The notes beneath the pieces were generated by a model. The model made no database searches. It was not told the origin of the DNA and saw only the letters and a program-made list of their open reading frames with translations. Positions 6,898-15,806 of a stretch of DNA of 35,124 nucleotides are shown piece by piece (positions within the stretch are counted from its first letter, which is position 1; each line of letters starts with the position of its first letter). The DNA comes from a virus (lineage: Duplodnaviria > Caudoviricetes): the IMG/VR virus record IMGVR_UViG_3300023284_000556, positions 1 to 35,124 of that record; one strand, given 5' to 3'. Both the position numbers and the translations under genes were made by a program.

Positions 6898-7230
6898 ATG
6901 CAAATATATTTAAAAGATAAGAAATATTATGAAGATGCAAGCTGCAATTCGTCGTTAGATAAATCAATGACTGATCGTATGATAGAATCGGGAGCAGATA
7001 TTTTCATTATAGAATCTAGCGGGAAAATTATACAAGTATCTAATAAATATAAATATTTAATTATGTTGGATTGTCTTAATTATTTCACTAAAAGAATAAA
7101 AAAAACAATGGAATCTTCAGACGTAGTACCAAGGCAATTATGTCAAGAAGCATTTAATCAATTGGAAACATTGCTCAAAGAACTACCTGAAGGGGATTTT
7201 TTTGGCAATCATGATATAAAAGATAAGTAA
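6898..7230 (+). CDS. Hypothetical protein
   Basis: AAGGA RBS; TAATG coupling to the helicase gene. Confidence 0.7.
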   Translation: MQIYLKDKKYYEDASCNSSLDKSMTDRMIESGADIFIIESSGKIIQVSNKYKYLIMLDCLNYFTKRIKKTMESSDVVPRQLCQEAFNQLETLLKELPEGDFFGNHDIKDK

Positions 7231-8570
7231 TGTTACAGCGTTCAGATCTTCACTCATACCAAGTAGAAACTATTGATTTTGTTCATGAGAAAAAGAAATG
7301 CGGTTTATTCCTAGATATGGGTTTAGGTAAAACTGCTTTATCTTTAACCGTGGCTGTTGATTTTCTAGACAATTTTTTTATTGATAAAGTATTAGTTATT
7401 GCCCCTCTAAGGGTTGCTAATACCGTATGGAAGCAAGAAGCCAAGCAATGGGAACATCTACAGCATTTACGTATAAACATATGCACAGGCTCTTTAAAAC
7501 AACGAATTGAGGCATTAAACTCAAATGCCGATATTTATGTAATCAATAGAGAAAATGTCCGTTGGTTAATTGAGAATGTTAAATGGTCTTGGGATATGGT
7601 CATTATTGACGAATCTTCAAGTTTTAAAAATCATGATTCTAAACGATTTAGAGCTATGAAGAAAGTTACACGATATATAAAAAGTATTATATTGTTAACA
7701 GGAACGCCTACTCCTAAAGGATTATTAGACTTATGGCCTCAATTATATTTAATTGATAATGGTGTGAGATTAGGTAGGACAATAACCAGTTATAGAAGCA
7801 AATTTTTCAAACAAGATTATATGGGGTATAATTATACCCCTTTTGATGGATCGGACGAAGAAATTAAAAAGCTTATTAAAGACGTTTGCATAACCATAAA
7901 AGCTAAAGGTTATGTTAAAAGAATTGATTTATTTGAATATATTACCATGCCTCCGAAAATATTAAAACAATATAAAGGATTTGAAAAACAATTTTTATTA
8001 TCTCTTGAAAACGGACAGGATATCGAAGCGTTATCTGCATCTGCATTAAGCAATAAGTTGTTACAAATGTGTAACGGTGCTGTCTATGATATCAACGGAA
8101 AAGCACATGAAATTCATGATTTGAAAATAAAATCTATAAAAGAAATAGTTGAAGATAATCCAAGTGAAAACTTTTTAGTTGCATATAATTACAAGAGTGA
8201 TTTGGAAAGATTAAAAAAAGCATTCCCTGAAGCCCTGGTTTTATCCAGATCTGGAGAAGAGGTTGCAGAATGGAACAAAGGTAATATAAAAATGATGTTA
8301 ACACATCCCGCAAGCGCAGGACATGGCCTTAATCTTCAACATGGGGGATCTGTTATTATATGGTTCGGTTTGAATTGGTCTTTGGAATTATACCAGCAAT
8401 TCAATGCCAGGCTTCATAGACAAGGGCAGAAGAACACTGTTAGGATAATGCACATAGTGGCAAAAGACGGATTGGACGAAAAAGTGTTGGAAGCTTTAAA
8501 AAGTAAAGCGAAGACACAGGACGATTTAATAAATTATTTAAAATTTAATTTAAAAAATAATAAAATATAG
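7230..8570 (+). CDS. SNF2-family (SF2) phage helicase
   Basis: Motifs DMGLGKT, IIDESS, LLTGTP, SAGHGLNLQ and QFNARLHRQGQ. Confidence 0.95.
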   Translation: MLQRSDLHSYQVETIDFVHEKKKCGLFLDMGLGKTALSLTVAVDFLDNFFIDKVLVIAPLRVANTVWKQEAKQWEHLQHLRINICTGSLKQRIEALNSNADIYVINRENVRWLIENVKWSWDMVIIDESSSFKNHDSKRFRAMKKVTRYIKSIILLTGTPTPKGLLDLWPQLYLIDNGVRLGRTITSYRSKFFKQDYMGYNYTPFDGSDEEIKKLIKDVCITIKAKGYVKRIDLFEYITMPPKILKQYKGFEKQFLLSLENGQDIEALSASALSNKLLQMCNGAVYDINGKAHEIHDLKIKSIKEIVEDNPSENFLVAYNYKSDLERLKKAFPEALVLSRSGEEVAEWNKGNIKMMLTHPASAGHGLNLQHGGSVIIWFGLNWSLELYQQFNARLHRQGQKNTVRIMHIVAKDGLDEKVLEALKSKAKTQDDLINYLKFNLKNNKI

Positions 8571-8599
8571 TTGACACATAGTAAAATATATTTAATAAT
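8566..8599 (+). promoter_or_regulatory. Sigma70-type promoter, copy 3
   Basis: TTGACA (8571-8576), a 17-nt spacer identical to that of copy 2, then AATAAT; begins at the helicase stop codon. Confidence 0.85.
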
Positions 8600-8647
8600 C
8601 CTAATTAACGGAACAACAAATCATTAATTGAAAAAAGGAGCATACAA

Positions 8648-9094
8648 ATGGTACATATAAGTCAATATACGGATGCTTTGGAAATGGCGATTGATGATTT
8701 GCCAGAGAAGCACACAGGGTTGATTGAAAAAATTACTGATCAGATATGGGATGAAGTCCAGAATAAGCTTAGGGACCACACAACGCAATACCTTCTTGAC
8801 ATTGTCAAAGATGATTTACAACAGAAGGCCGCAGAAATGGCGGAATCTATGTTGAGAAATGCAATTGCCGGAAAGGATCGAGCTATACGTAATTTATTTG
8901 ACTTTAATGATTATTATATGAAAAATTTATACGTTGGTAAACCCCCTACCCAATGGAAGTTATTGGATACCATTATAGAGCGGCATAGCAACGTGTTTAT
9001 TGATGAAAAAATTAAGCAGCAAAAAACTGAAATTGAGAATTTGAAGAGAGAAAACCTCAGACTTACAAAATACTTAGATAAAATAAACGAGTGA
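8648..9094 (+). CDS. Hypothetical helical/coiled-coil protein
   Basis: 148 aa; strong AAGGAG RBS downstream of promoter copy 3. Confidence 0.8.
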   Translation: MVHISQYTDALEMAIDDLPEKHTGLIEKITDQIWDEVQNKLRDHTTQYLLDIVKDDLQQKAAEMAESMLRNAIAGKDRAIRNLFDFNDYYMKNLYVGKPPTQWKLLDTIIERHSNVFIDEKIKQQKTEIENLKRENLRLTKYLDKINE

Positions 9095-9141
9095 AATAAT
9101 GGGGTAAATAAAATTATATTTTTAACAAAGGAGGTTATAAA

Positions 9142-9306
9142 ATGCCGTTACCAACACCTACATCAACCGAAAATCGAAGCGAATTTTTAGATCGGTGTAT
9201 GTCCGATAATGAGTCTATCATGGATTTTCCAGATAGGGATCAAAGGTTTGCTGTCTGTAATAATATTTGGACACAATCATTGGACAAAATATTGGAAGGA
9301 CAATAA
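9142..9306 (+). CDS. 54-aa protein with MPLP-x-P...EF...RCM...QR-x-AVC...W motif (not in ORF track)
   Basis: AAGGAGG RBS; MPLPTPTSTENRSEFLDRCMSDNESIMDFPDRDQRFAVCNNIWTQSLDKILEGQ. Confidence 0.8.
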   Translation: MPLPTPTSTENRSEFLDRCMSDNESIMDFPDRDQRFAVCNNIWTQSLDKILEGQ

Positions 9307-9319
9307 AAGGTAAAGATAT

Positions 9320-9526
9320 ATGGAAGAGATCACAACAAGTAAAGACGTAACTACTATCATCCAAAACAAGATGGTTATTGGGTATATTATGCGCCGTTGT
9401 TATCTATATGGCCTTACTTGTCCTGTATGTCATGATTGGGCAGTAACAATCAGTATTGCAGAACCGTCTTGGCATGGTAATTTTTCTACACGAAAGGAAG
9501 CAAGGAAATATCTTGAACAATTCTAA
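9320..9526 (+). CDS. Hypothetical protein with CxxC-H
   Basis: AAGG RBS; contains CPVCH; may continue in the -1 frame (see findings). Confidence 0.6.
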   Translation: MEEITTSKDVTTIIQNKMVIGYIMRRCYLYGLTCPVCHDWAVTISIAEPSWHGNFSTRKEARKYLEQF

Positions 9527-9609
9527 AAAATTATGAAGATGAATATAATCAATTAATAAATTCGTTAGATAATTTAGTTAAAAAACATAATCTTAATATA
9601 GGTATCGAT

Positions 9610-9771
9610 ATGAGTACACATATAGAAGCTATCAGTATAATTTTAATGTTAATTTTTATGAGTGGAATTGCTGCTGGTGTGATATTTATGATTTGGAATT
9701 GGTTAATCCGTAAAACCAAATTTAAAAGTCGCTATAGTTGTTTACATGAAATATTTGATAAAAATAAATAA
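9610..9771 (+). CDS. 53-aa single-TM protein (not in ORF track); last gene of the + arm
   Basis: MSTHIEAISIILMLIFMSGIAAGVIFMIWNWLIRKTKFKSRY...; AGGT upstream; stop lies 2 nt from the convergent - strand stop. Confidence 0.55.
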   Translation: MSTHIEAISIILMLIFMSGIAAGVIFMIWNWLIRKTKFKSRYSCLHEIFDKNK

Positions 9772-9773
9772 TA

Positions 9774-9968
9774 TCAAGATTTAGTTATATAAGAATTTCC
9801 AGGTAATTTTTGAGCATTTAGAATTAATTTAAGAACTCTAATTTTAGATAAATTTATAGTTAAAGTATTATTGCCTGCAAAATGTATTTTAGATTTATCA
9901 GCACCATCACTACTGATATTTTCAATACGGTTTAGATTCACTGGTTCTCCATTAATATCTATAATCAT
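9774..9968 (-). CDS. Small hypothetical protein (weak FlbD/SwrD-like pattern)
   Basis: VNLNRIENI...SKIHFAGNNTLTINLS; last gene of the late arm. Confidence 0.6.
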   Translation of the reverse strand: MIIDINGEPVNLNRIENISSDGADKSKIHFAGNNTLTINLSKIRVLKLILNAQKLPGNSYITKS

Positions 9969-9970
9969 TT

Positions 9971-10243
9971 TTAACCTTCTATAATATCGGCATCAGGAAT
10001 TGTTACACGACTTATAGTTAAATCTTCTTCAATTCCTGTCACTTCACCATTTTCATCATAAGTTGTTTTATAAAAAATAACTTCTTTTGTAATTGTATCA
10101 AATTTTTTTATCCCTGGCTGTAAAAAACTATTTACTACTAGTTGGTATACACCTGTTGGTATATTTGTAGACCCTACCGTAGCATATACAGGTATAATAT
10201 CATCACCTGTATCAGTACATTGATAGTAATGTTTAATAGTCAT
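9971..10243 (-). CDS. Hypothetical protein, possibly a fibre-associated chaperone
   Basis: ATGA overlap with the upstream gene; function inferred from position only. Confidence 0.6.
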   Translation of the reverse strand: MTIKHYYQCTDTGDDIIPVYATVGSTNIPTGVYQLVVNSFLQPGIKKFDTITKEVIFYKTTYDENGEVTGIEEDLTISRVTIPDADIIEG

Positions 10244-11358
10244 GCTGCATACTCCACTAATTCAAAAGGATAAATAATATTACGTCCGCCTTGACCCTTA
10301 GTAGAACGTATAGTTGTAGCATCAATTATTTCAAATCTAAAATGTTGTTCTTCTGGATCTGCTGTTTGTGTAGCACTAGATCCCGCACCATTAGCAACTA
10401 CAACACTTAAACTAGGTGTAATTGAAGTAACAGCCGTATCTTGTGTAAGGGAACCTCCTGCATGGGTTACAATATTCCTTTGAACACTTTGTATAATACC
10501 GGGAGCAAATTCTACAACAGTTCCCGCAACTCTAGGTTGAGCTGAACCCACTACTTGACGTTCAGCTCTTACAGCTGAATCGCTAAATAATCTTCCATGA
10601 CATGTTTCACTACTCATATTTGTAGTAGTTTGATTAGTAGCAAAACCACCAGGAAATATACAAGAACGAGTAAGATCAACACTGCTTATTATTGCATCTG
10701 CTGTAGTTGCAACTGCACTGGTTATTGATATATTAAATTTCTGTACCGAATCAACAATGCCCACAGCAAATTCTATAACATTATAAGCAACTGTGATATC
10801 ATTAGTTCCTGGATTAGTTCCACGTGTACTTGTCACAGTTGTGGCGTTCGTTAAATCGATATCTGCCATTGCTGAACCATTGGCAAATCCTGTATTATTG
10901 CTTCTTGTGCCGCAAAGTAGAGCAACAGAACGAGCAGTATCTACACTTGTTATTTGAGTATCTGTAGCGGATAGACCACTGTAGGTAAAAGTAAATTGTT
11001 GTACACTATCAACCGCTGCTGCAGTAAATTCTACAACAGTAGCCATTACAAGAAGTTCTACTGAAGCATTGGCCAAGCCACGAGTTGCGGTAAGTTCGGT
11101 AGGACTAGTTGTTTCTACTGTTGCATGTACATGATCATTACCGGCAATAGTACTAGTTTGACTCTTACCACCAAATACACCGGTATAAAATATAGCTGTA
11201 CGAGACTCAACAACACTAGTTGGTATTACAGCTGTACCTACGGTATCGGCACCTAGAATAGTTATTGGAATTTGTTGTATAGATACAATTATACCGGCTT
11301 CAACAGCTGCTTCTGTAAAACTAGCGTAATTTCCTCCGATATAAGCTGCAAATGGCAT
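10240..11358 (-). CDS. Putative virion/receptor-binding protein with four tandem ~85-90-aa beta-rich repeats
   Basis: Repeats open with SIQQ, SVQQ, SVQK and SVQR, contain SV(D/V)...R(S/T)-like segments, and close with VVEF, VIEF, VVEF and LVEY. Confidence 0.7.
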   Translation of the reverse strand: MPFAAYIGGNYASFTEAAVEAGIIVSIQQIPITILGADTVGTAVIPTSVVESRTAIFYTGVFGGKSQTSTIAGNDHVHATVETTSPTELTATRGLANASVELLVMATVVEFTAAAVDSVQQFTFTYSGLSATDTQITSVDTARSVALLCGTRSNNTGFANGSAMADIDLTNATTVTSTRGTNPGTNDITVAYNVIEFAVGIVDSVQKFNISITSAVATTADAIISSVDLTRSCIFPGGFATNQTTTNMSSETCHGRLFSDSAVRAERQVVGSAQPRVAGTVVEFAPGIIQSVQRNIVTHAGGSLTQDTAVTSITPSLSVVVANGAGSSATQTADPEEQHFRFEIIDATTIRSTKGQGGRNIIYPFELVEYAA

Positions 11359-13805
11359 TATGGAAGCCTAAATTCTAATGTTACAATTAATCCTTTAGGG
11401 GCTGTGGTTTGTACTGTATCTATATCCATTGCAATAACATCATTTATTGCGACATCATCATTGGCTGTATCTATTACAGCAGGAATTGCAGCGGTATCTG
11501 ATCCTGTTTCTCCAGAATCTACAGTCAATTCAGTAGACAACATATCTACTGCCTGGGTTACATTACGAATCTGTATAGTTAAAACTCCGGTAGTTCCGGC
11601 TGTTATAACTTCCGCATGAACAGTAACTAAATTCATACCAGCTAATGATGCAGGAATATGAATAAATGCTTTACCGTCTCCAGTAGTTAGATCCGCTGTA
11701 GGATCTGTTTCATAAAAAGTAGCTGTTTTCGTGCCGGCATAACTTCCAGATAAAGTATCTGGAGTGACTATACGTACAGCATCGGTACCCGTATTAACTT
11801 CTGCAAGTGTAGCCAGTTCAGCTATTCCAGAAACAGTTTCAGAAGCAGCTGTATCAAATAAATCAGCTATAGATTGAGCAGTGAAAGTTTTTAAATTATC
11901 AGAATCATCTGTGTCTTGTCCTAAAATCTTATCATCAGTAGCTACGGTAGCAGCCGTTAAAGTTGCACCACTTAAATCCTCTTGAGCACCTAACGATGTT
12001 CTAGCTGTAACACCGCTTTCTGCAACCCAATTGGCACCACTACCCACAATGAAATTATTATCAGTGGTAGCTAATCCGGCAATATCATTTAACCCATCAT
12101 CGAAAGCTTGTACATCCGTACCAATAGTCAATCCAAGTGAAGCTCTTACGGTTGTCCCGCTCTCCGCAACCCAAGTTGCACCATTACCTACTATAAAATT
12201 ATTATCAGTAACAGCAAGTGCTGCAATATCGGTTAGTCTAGCACTAAAAGCCTGAACATCAGTTCCTATAGTTAAACCTAAAGAAACTCTTACAGTACTA
12301 CCACTTTCAGCAACCCAATTGGCACCACTTCCTACGATAAAATTACTATCGGTAGTAGCGAGTCCAGCAATATCATTTAACCCATCATCAAATGCCTGTA
12401 CATCTGTACCAATAGCTACACCTAAATTTGTACGTGCTGTACTTGCATCAGAAGCACCTGTACCGCCGTCAGCAACTGGTAAATCTAAACCACCCGTAAC
12501 AATTACCGTACCTGTTATATCTTGAAAAGTTATTACCTTATTTGTAGTTATCAATGCAGGGGCAATTAATTGAATAGTATTAACCCCATTATCAGTATCT
12601 TCAGCCAATAATAATGAAGCTGCAGACGAAGCACTGGCAGTTGTAAATGCTGTACTAAGCGTTGTTAAATCATTATCAAAAGCCTGTACATCAGTTCCTA
12701 TAGTTAAACCTAAAGAAACTCGTACTGTCGCTCCACTTTCAGCAACCCAATTAGCACCGCTACCTACAATGAAATTACTATCAGTAGTGGCAAGTCCGGC
12801 AATGTCTGCTAATCCATCATCGAAAGCTTGCACGTCTGTACCAATAACAAGCCCTAAAGTACTTCTTTGAGCACTGGCATCAGCATCATCAATTAAAGCT
12901 CTTCCTGCAGAGGTTAGAGTTGTTAACGCCGCTGTTCCAGAACCAGTAAAAAACGGCAATCTATCGGCTGCTGAAACTAAATCTGCTATGGCTTGCAATT
13001 CTGCGTCCTGAGCCTGTACGTCCGTACCTATCACAAGCCCTAAAGTAGTTCTTTGTGCACTGGCACTGGCATCATCAATTAAAGCCCTCCCTGCTGTTGT
13101 AAGAGTCGTTAACGCTGCAGTACCTGATCCTGTGAAAAACGGTAATTGATCTGCCGCTGAAACAAGACCTGCTATAGCTTGCAATTCAACATCAAAAGCC
13201 TGTACATCAACCCCTATTTCTAATCCAAGATTAACCCTGGCATCACTTGCCGTAGAAGCACCTGTACCACCATCTGATACTGGGACATCTATACCGCCAC
13301 TTATAAAAACAGTTCCAGTAACATCTTGAAAAGTAATAGTTTTATTACTAACAATAGAAGCAGGGGCAATTAAGGTTATAGTATCTGTACCATTATCTGT
13401 ATCTTCTGGTAATACGATACCGGCTGCTGTAGTAGCACCTGGTGTAATAATAGTTATGCCATTAATTGTACCGCCAAGAATCATATCATTTGTTACATCA
13501 ATAAAATCAGTAAAAGTTTGATCAAAACGTTTACTTGTACTGCCTAAATCCCTGGTTCCATCTGCATCTGGTATGATATTTGCATCAACTGGATCACCCC
13601 AAGCATCTCCCGATACACTTATAGTTACATTTTTCCATTTACTACCATCGAATTGTGCAAACTGGTCTGAAATTAGACCTGAAAATTCAACATCACCAAG
13701 GGAGGAAAATAAATTTATACTTGGATCAAGAACAAGCTGAATGTCTTCCGGTTCTTCTAAATCGATAGTTATTACATTTTGTTCTTCAAGAGCCAATACA
13801 ACCAT
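11358..13805 (-). CDS. Long repetitive fibre protein
   Basis: Seven LG-x-x-IG(T/V)DVQA junctions, two DGGTGAS..ARxNLG motifs, a T4-type fibre repeat ASETVSGIAELATLAEVNTGTDAVRIVTP, and a C-terminal beta-sandwich. Confidence 0.85.
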   Translation of the reverse strand: MVVLALEEQNVITIDLEEPEDIQLVLDPSINLFSSLGDVEFSGLISDQFAQFDGSKWKNVTISVSGDAWGDPVDANIIPDADGTRDLGSTSKRFDQTFTDFIDVTNDMILGGTINGITIITPGATTAAGIVLPEDTDNGTDTITLIAPASIVSNKTITFQDVTGTVFISGGIDVPVSDGGTGASTASDARVNLGLEIGVDVQAFDVELQAIAGLVSAADQLPFFTGSGTAALTTLTTAGRALIDDASASAQRTTLGLVIGTDVQAQDAELQAIADLVSAADRLPFFTGSGTAALTTLTSAGRALIDDADASAQRSTLGLVIGTDVQAFDDGLADIAGLATTDSNFIVGSGANWVAESGATVRVSLGLTIGTDVQAFDNDLTTLSTAFTTASASSAASLLLAEDTDNGVNTIQLIAPALITTNKVITFQDITGTVIVTGGLDLPVADGGTGASDASTARTNLGVAIGTDVQAFDDGLNDIAGLATTDSNFIVGSGANWVAESGSTVRVSLGLTIGTDVQAFSARLTDIAALAVTDNNFIVGNGATWVAESGTTVRASLGLTIGTDVQAFDDGLNDIAGLATTDNNFIVGSGANWVAESGVTARTSLGAQEDLSGATLTAATVATDDKILGQDTDDSDNLKTFTAQSIADLFDTAASETVSGIAELATLAEVNTGTDAVRIVTPDTLSGSYAGTKTATFYETDPTADLTTGDGKAFIHIPASLAGMNLVTVHAEVITAGTTGVLTIQIRNVTQAVDMLSTELTVDSGETGSDTAAIPAVIDTANDDVAINDVIAMDIDTVQTTAPKGLIVTLEFRLP

Positions 13806-14170
13806 TATCGTGTCACCTCTTTAGATAATATAAATGTACCCTCTAACCATCTGATTACATCTGCCTCCCCACTTGCGGGGATAAATTCTAAGTCATAACA
13901 TAATGTTTCAGTTGTTATTGCAGCGGCTTGGATTGCTGTTATTGTAACAGTAACTTTTGAAGTTCCAGTATCTACTACTATTCCTGCTGCAGGAATACTT
14001 GTTAAAGATAATATTATTATTGTGCTATCGACAACATCACGCAGTTGCATTCTAAATTCGGCACCCGTTAAATCTAATAGCGCACCATTTAATTTATTTT
14101 CAAATGCTGTAATTATAATTTCAAATTTAGATCCTTGCTCAAGTTTAAAATCTTTCCTTGCTGCAACCAT
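13805..14170 (-). CDS. Fibre-attachment beta-sandwich protein (BppU-N / T5 p132-like)
   Basis: Pattern EQGSKF...LDLTGAEFRMQLR...YDLE...RWLEGTFILSKEVTR; TAATG-coupled to the fibre gene. Confidence 0.65.
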   Translation of the reverse strand: MVAARKDFKLEQGSKFEIIITAFENKLNGALLDLTGAEFRMQLRDVVDSTIIILSLTSIPAAGIVVDTGTSKVTVTITAIQAAAITTETLCYDLEFIPASGEADVIRWLEGTFILSKEVTR

Positions 14171-14673
14171 TATTTTTTACCTATAATTTCAGTTTTATCT
14201 TTACTACCTTGAGAAGATCCGAAGTAATAACTAACAACTCCTGTCCATGATGTGCCTAAAGCACCAATCATTACTAATATTACATCTCTACCTTGTTCAG
14301 GCATACCGTGTATAAGAATACCAGCAAGTACTCCGAAAAAACCAATTGTAATAACACCACCTAAAATACCTGGAATATTACTATTAGTTTTAGATTGCAT
14401 TTTACGTGCACTATCTCTATCTTGTTGATCTAATTTTATAACATCTACATCTAATTCTTTTAATTTTATTTCAAATTTTTGTTCAGCTTTTTTTAATTCA
14501 ACTACTTGTTCAGGGGTAGCGTTTGCAATAGCGTGTTCTAATTGTCGTTCAGTGGTATTATTTTCCAGACCTAATGTTTTTTTTAATATTCCCGCTGCCA
14601 TATTTCCAAACGGAGGTGCGATTGTGCCTAATGCTGTTACTCCGATATTTCCAAGAATTTTTGTTATGTTCAT
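14170..14673 (-). CDS. Putative holin
   Basis: N-terminal Gly-rich hydrophobic segment, DRDSARKMQ, two C-terminal TM helices, YYFGSSQGSKDK; lies next to the endolysin. Confidence 0.8.
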   Translation of the reverse strand: MNITKILGNIGVTALGTIAPPFGNMAAGILKKTLGLENNTTERQLEHAIANATPEQVVELKKAEQKFEIKLKELDVDVIKLDQQDRDSARKMQSKTNSNIPGILGGVITIGFFGVLAGILIHGMPEQGRDVILVMIGALGTSWTGVVSYYFGSSQGSKDKTEIIGKK

Positions 14674-14674
14674 T

Positions 14675-15091
14675 TTATTTTCCTGTTATAAGTTCGACAT
14701 GCGGTAAATCATGGAAGTTTTGATCTTTCGTAGAAAAGTCACCATCCCAATCAGCACCAACACGGATTTTGATATCAAGGCTAGCAGCAACACCACGAAA
14801 AACACCAACAGCAAGATACCAAGAATTGGTATTATTCCAATCAACTTTACCGTTGGTATAGAGAATAAAATCAATTGCTTCTGAAGGATCTGTATTATGT
14901 TTGCTATCAGGCCACTTAAGCCCAGAACGGCCTTCATGATAAAGTCTATCTTGCTCATCTTGACCCCTATGTCCGCAACTTATTCCAAAATCAAAAAGAT
15001 TTAAGGACAAAACTTCATTGCAAAGTCTGACTAAATCTGGATGTACTCTACTAAGTGCTTGTTTTGTTCTATTGCCAAATTTAAAGGACAT
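14675..15091 (-). CDS. Endolysin, peptidase M15 family (L-Ala-D-Glu peptidase type)
   Basis: VHPDL, GHR...EQ..LY, SKH...AIDF, GADWDGD and DLPHVEL (His/Asp/His zinc ligands). Confidence 0.93.
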   Translation of the reverse strand: MSFKFGNRTKQALSRVHPDLVRLCNEVLSLNLFDFGISCGHRGQDEQDRLYHEGRSGLKWPDSKHNTDPSEAIDFILYTNGKVDWNNTNSWYLAVGVFRGVAASLDIKIRVGADWDGDFSTKDQNFHDLPHVELITGK

Positions 15092-15806
15092 GTTTACCTC
15101 TCAAAAATTTATAAGCAAAAATAGAGGGAATAAAATCAAATTTACCTAATTTTATATCCATGGAATTAAATATAGATTTAAAAACTGTAACACAATTACA
15201 ATCTCTTAATTTCCAATTTAACCCTAGTAAAGAATTAATCAATTTAGAATCTATTTTAGGAACTTCTACAATAACATTATAATCTTTATCTATATATTCG
15301 GAAGGCTTAGTATACAACCCTATCACATTTCTAGAAAATTTATACCACATACCATTATCTACAATACTAAAACTACTTACAGGGGTTTTAAATAATGTGC
15401 ATATAAAATCTGTAAAACTTTTTGGTTTCTTAAAAACAAAATAAGACTTGTCTTGTAATATAATAATTTCTTTAGTTTCAATATCCCATTTTAACGTTGT
15501 ATAAATCAAATATAAAAATACACCTATTCCAAGTGGGTATTGAACATAAAAGATAGATACATCAAATCTATCATAAATCATATTGATCATCAAATTAATA
15601 TGAACCAGCATTAAAATTAATGCTATGGCTCGTTGTTTAAAATCGTATTTAGGGGTGATATGAAATATAAAATAACAGAGAAAGGAAATTAAAGAATATT
15701 GGGATATATCCCAAACTAGGTTAGCGACAAAATCACTTGATCCTATAAATAATCTAGGAAAATTATTAAAAAATAAGCCAATTACCAATAATGTTACATA
15801 GTTCAT
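15081..15806 (-). CDS. Multi-TM membrane protein with a C-terminal permuted papain-like (NlpC/P60; YiiX/LRAT/PPPDE-type) domain
   Basis: About 4 hydrophobic helices in aa 1-105, then YFVFKKP...PVSSFSIV..G.WY.F...SLLGLNWKLRDCNCVT...FIPS. Confidence 0.55.
   Translation of the reverse strand: MNYVTLLVIGLFFNNFPRLFIGSSDFVANLVWDISQYSLISFLCYFIFHITPKYDFKQRAIALILMLVHINLMINMIYDRFDVSIFYVQYPLGIGVFLYLIYTTLKWDIETKEIIILQDKSYFVFKKPKSFTDFICTLFKTPVSSFSIVDNGMWYKFSRNVIGLYTKPSEYIDKDYNVIVEVPKIDSKLINSLLGLNWKLRDCNCVTVFKSIFNSMDIKLGKFDFIPSIFAYKFLRGKHVL

Noticed and set aside
14686-14958. Hydrophobic 90-aa ORF nested out of frame in the endolysin, as an embedded holin or spanin
   Set aside because: It has no lipobox cysteine, and hydrophobicity is expected in this shifted frame of an AT-rich gene. 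A weak AGGGG upstream means it cannot be fully excluded.
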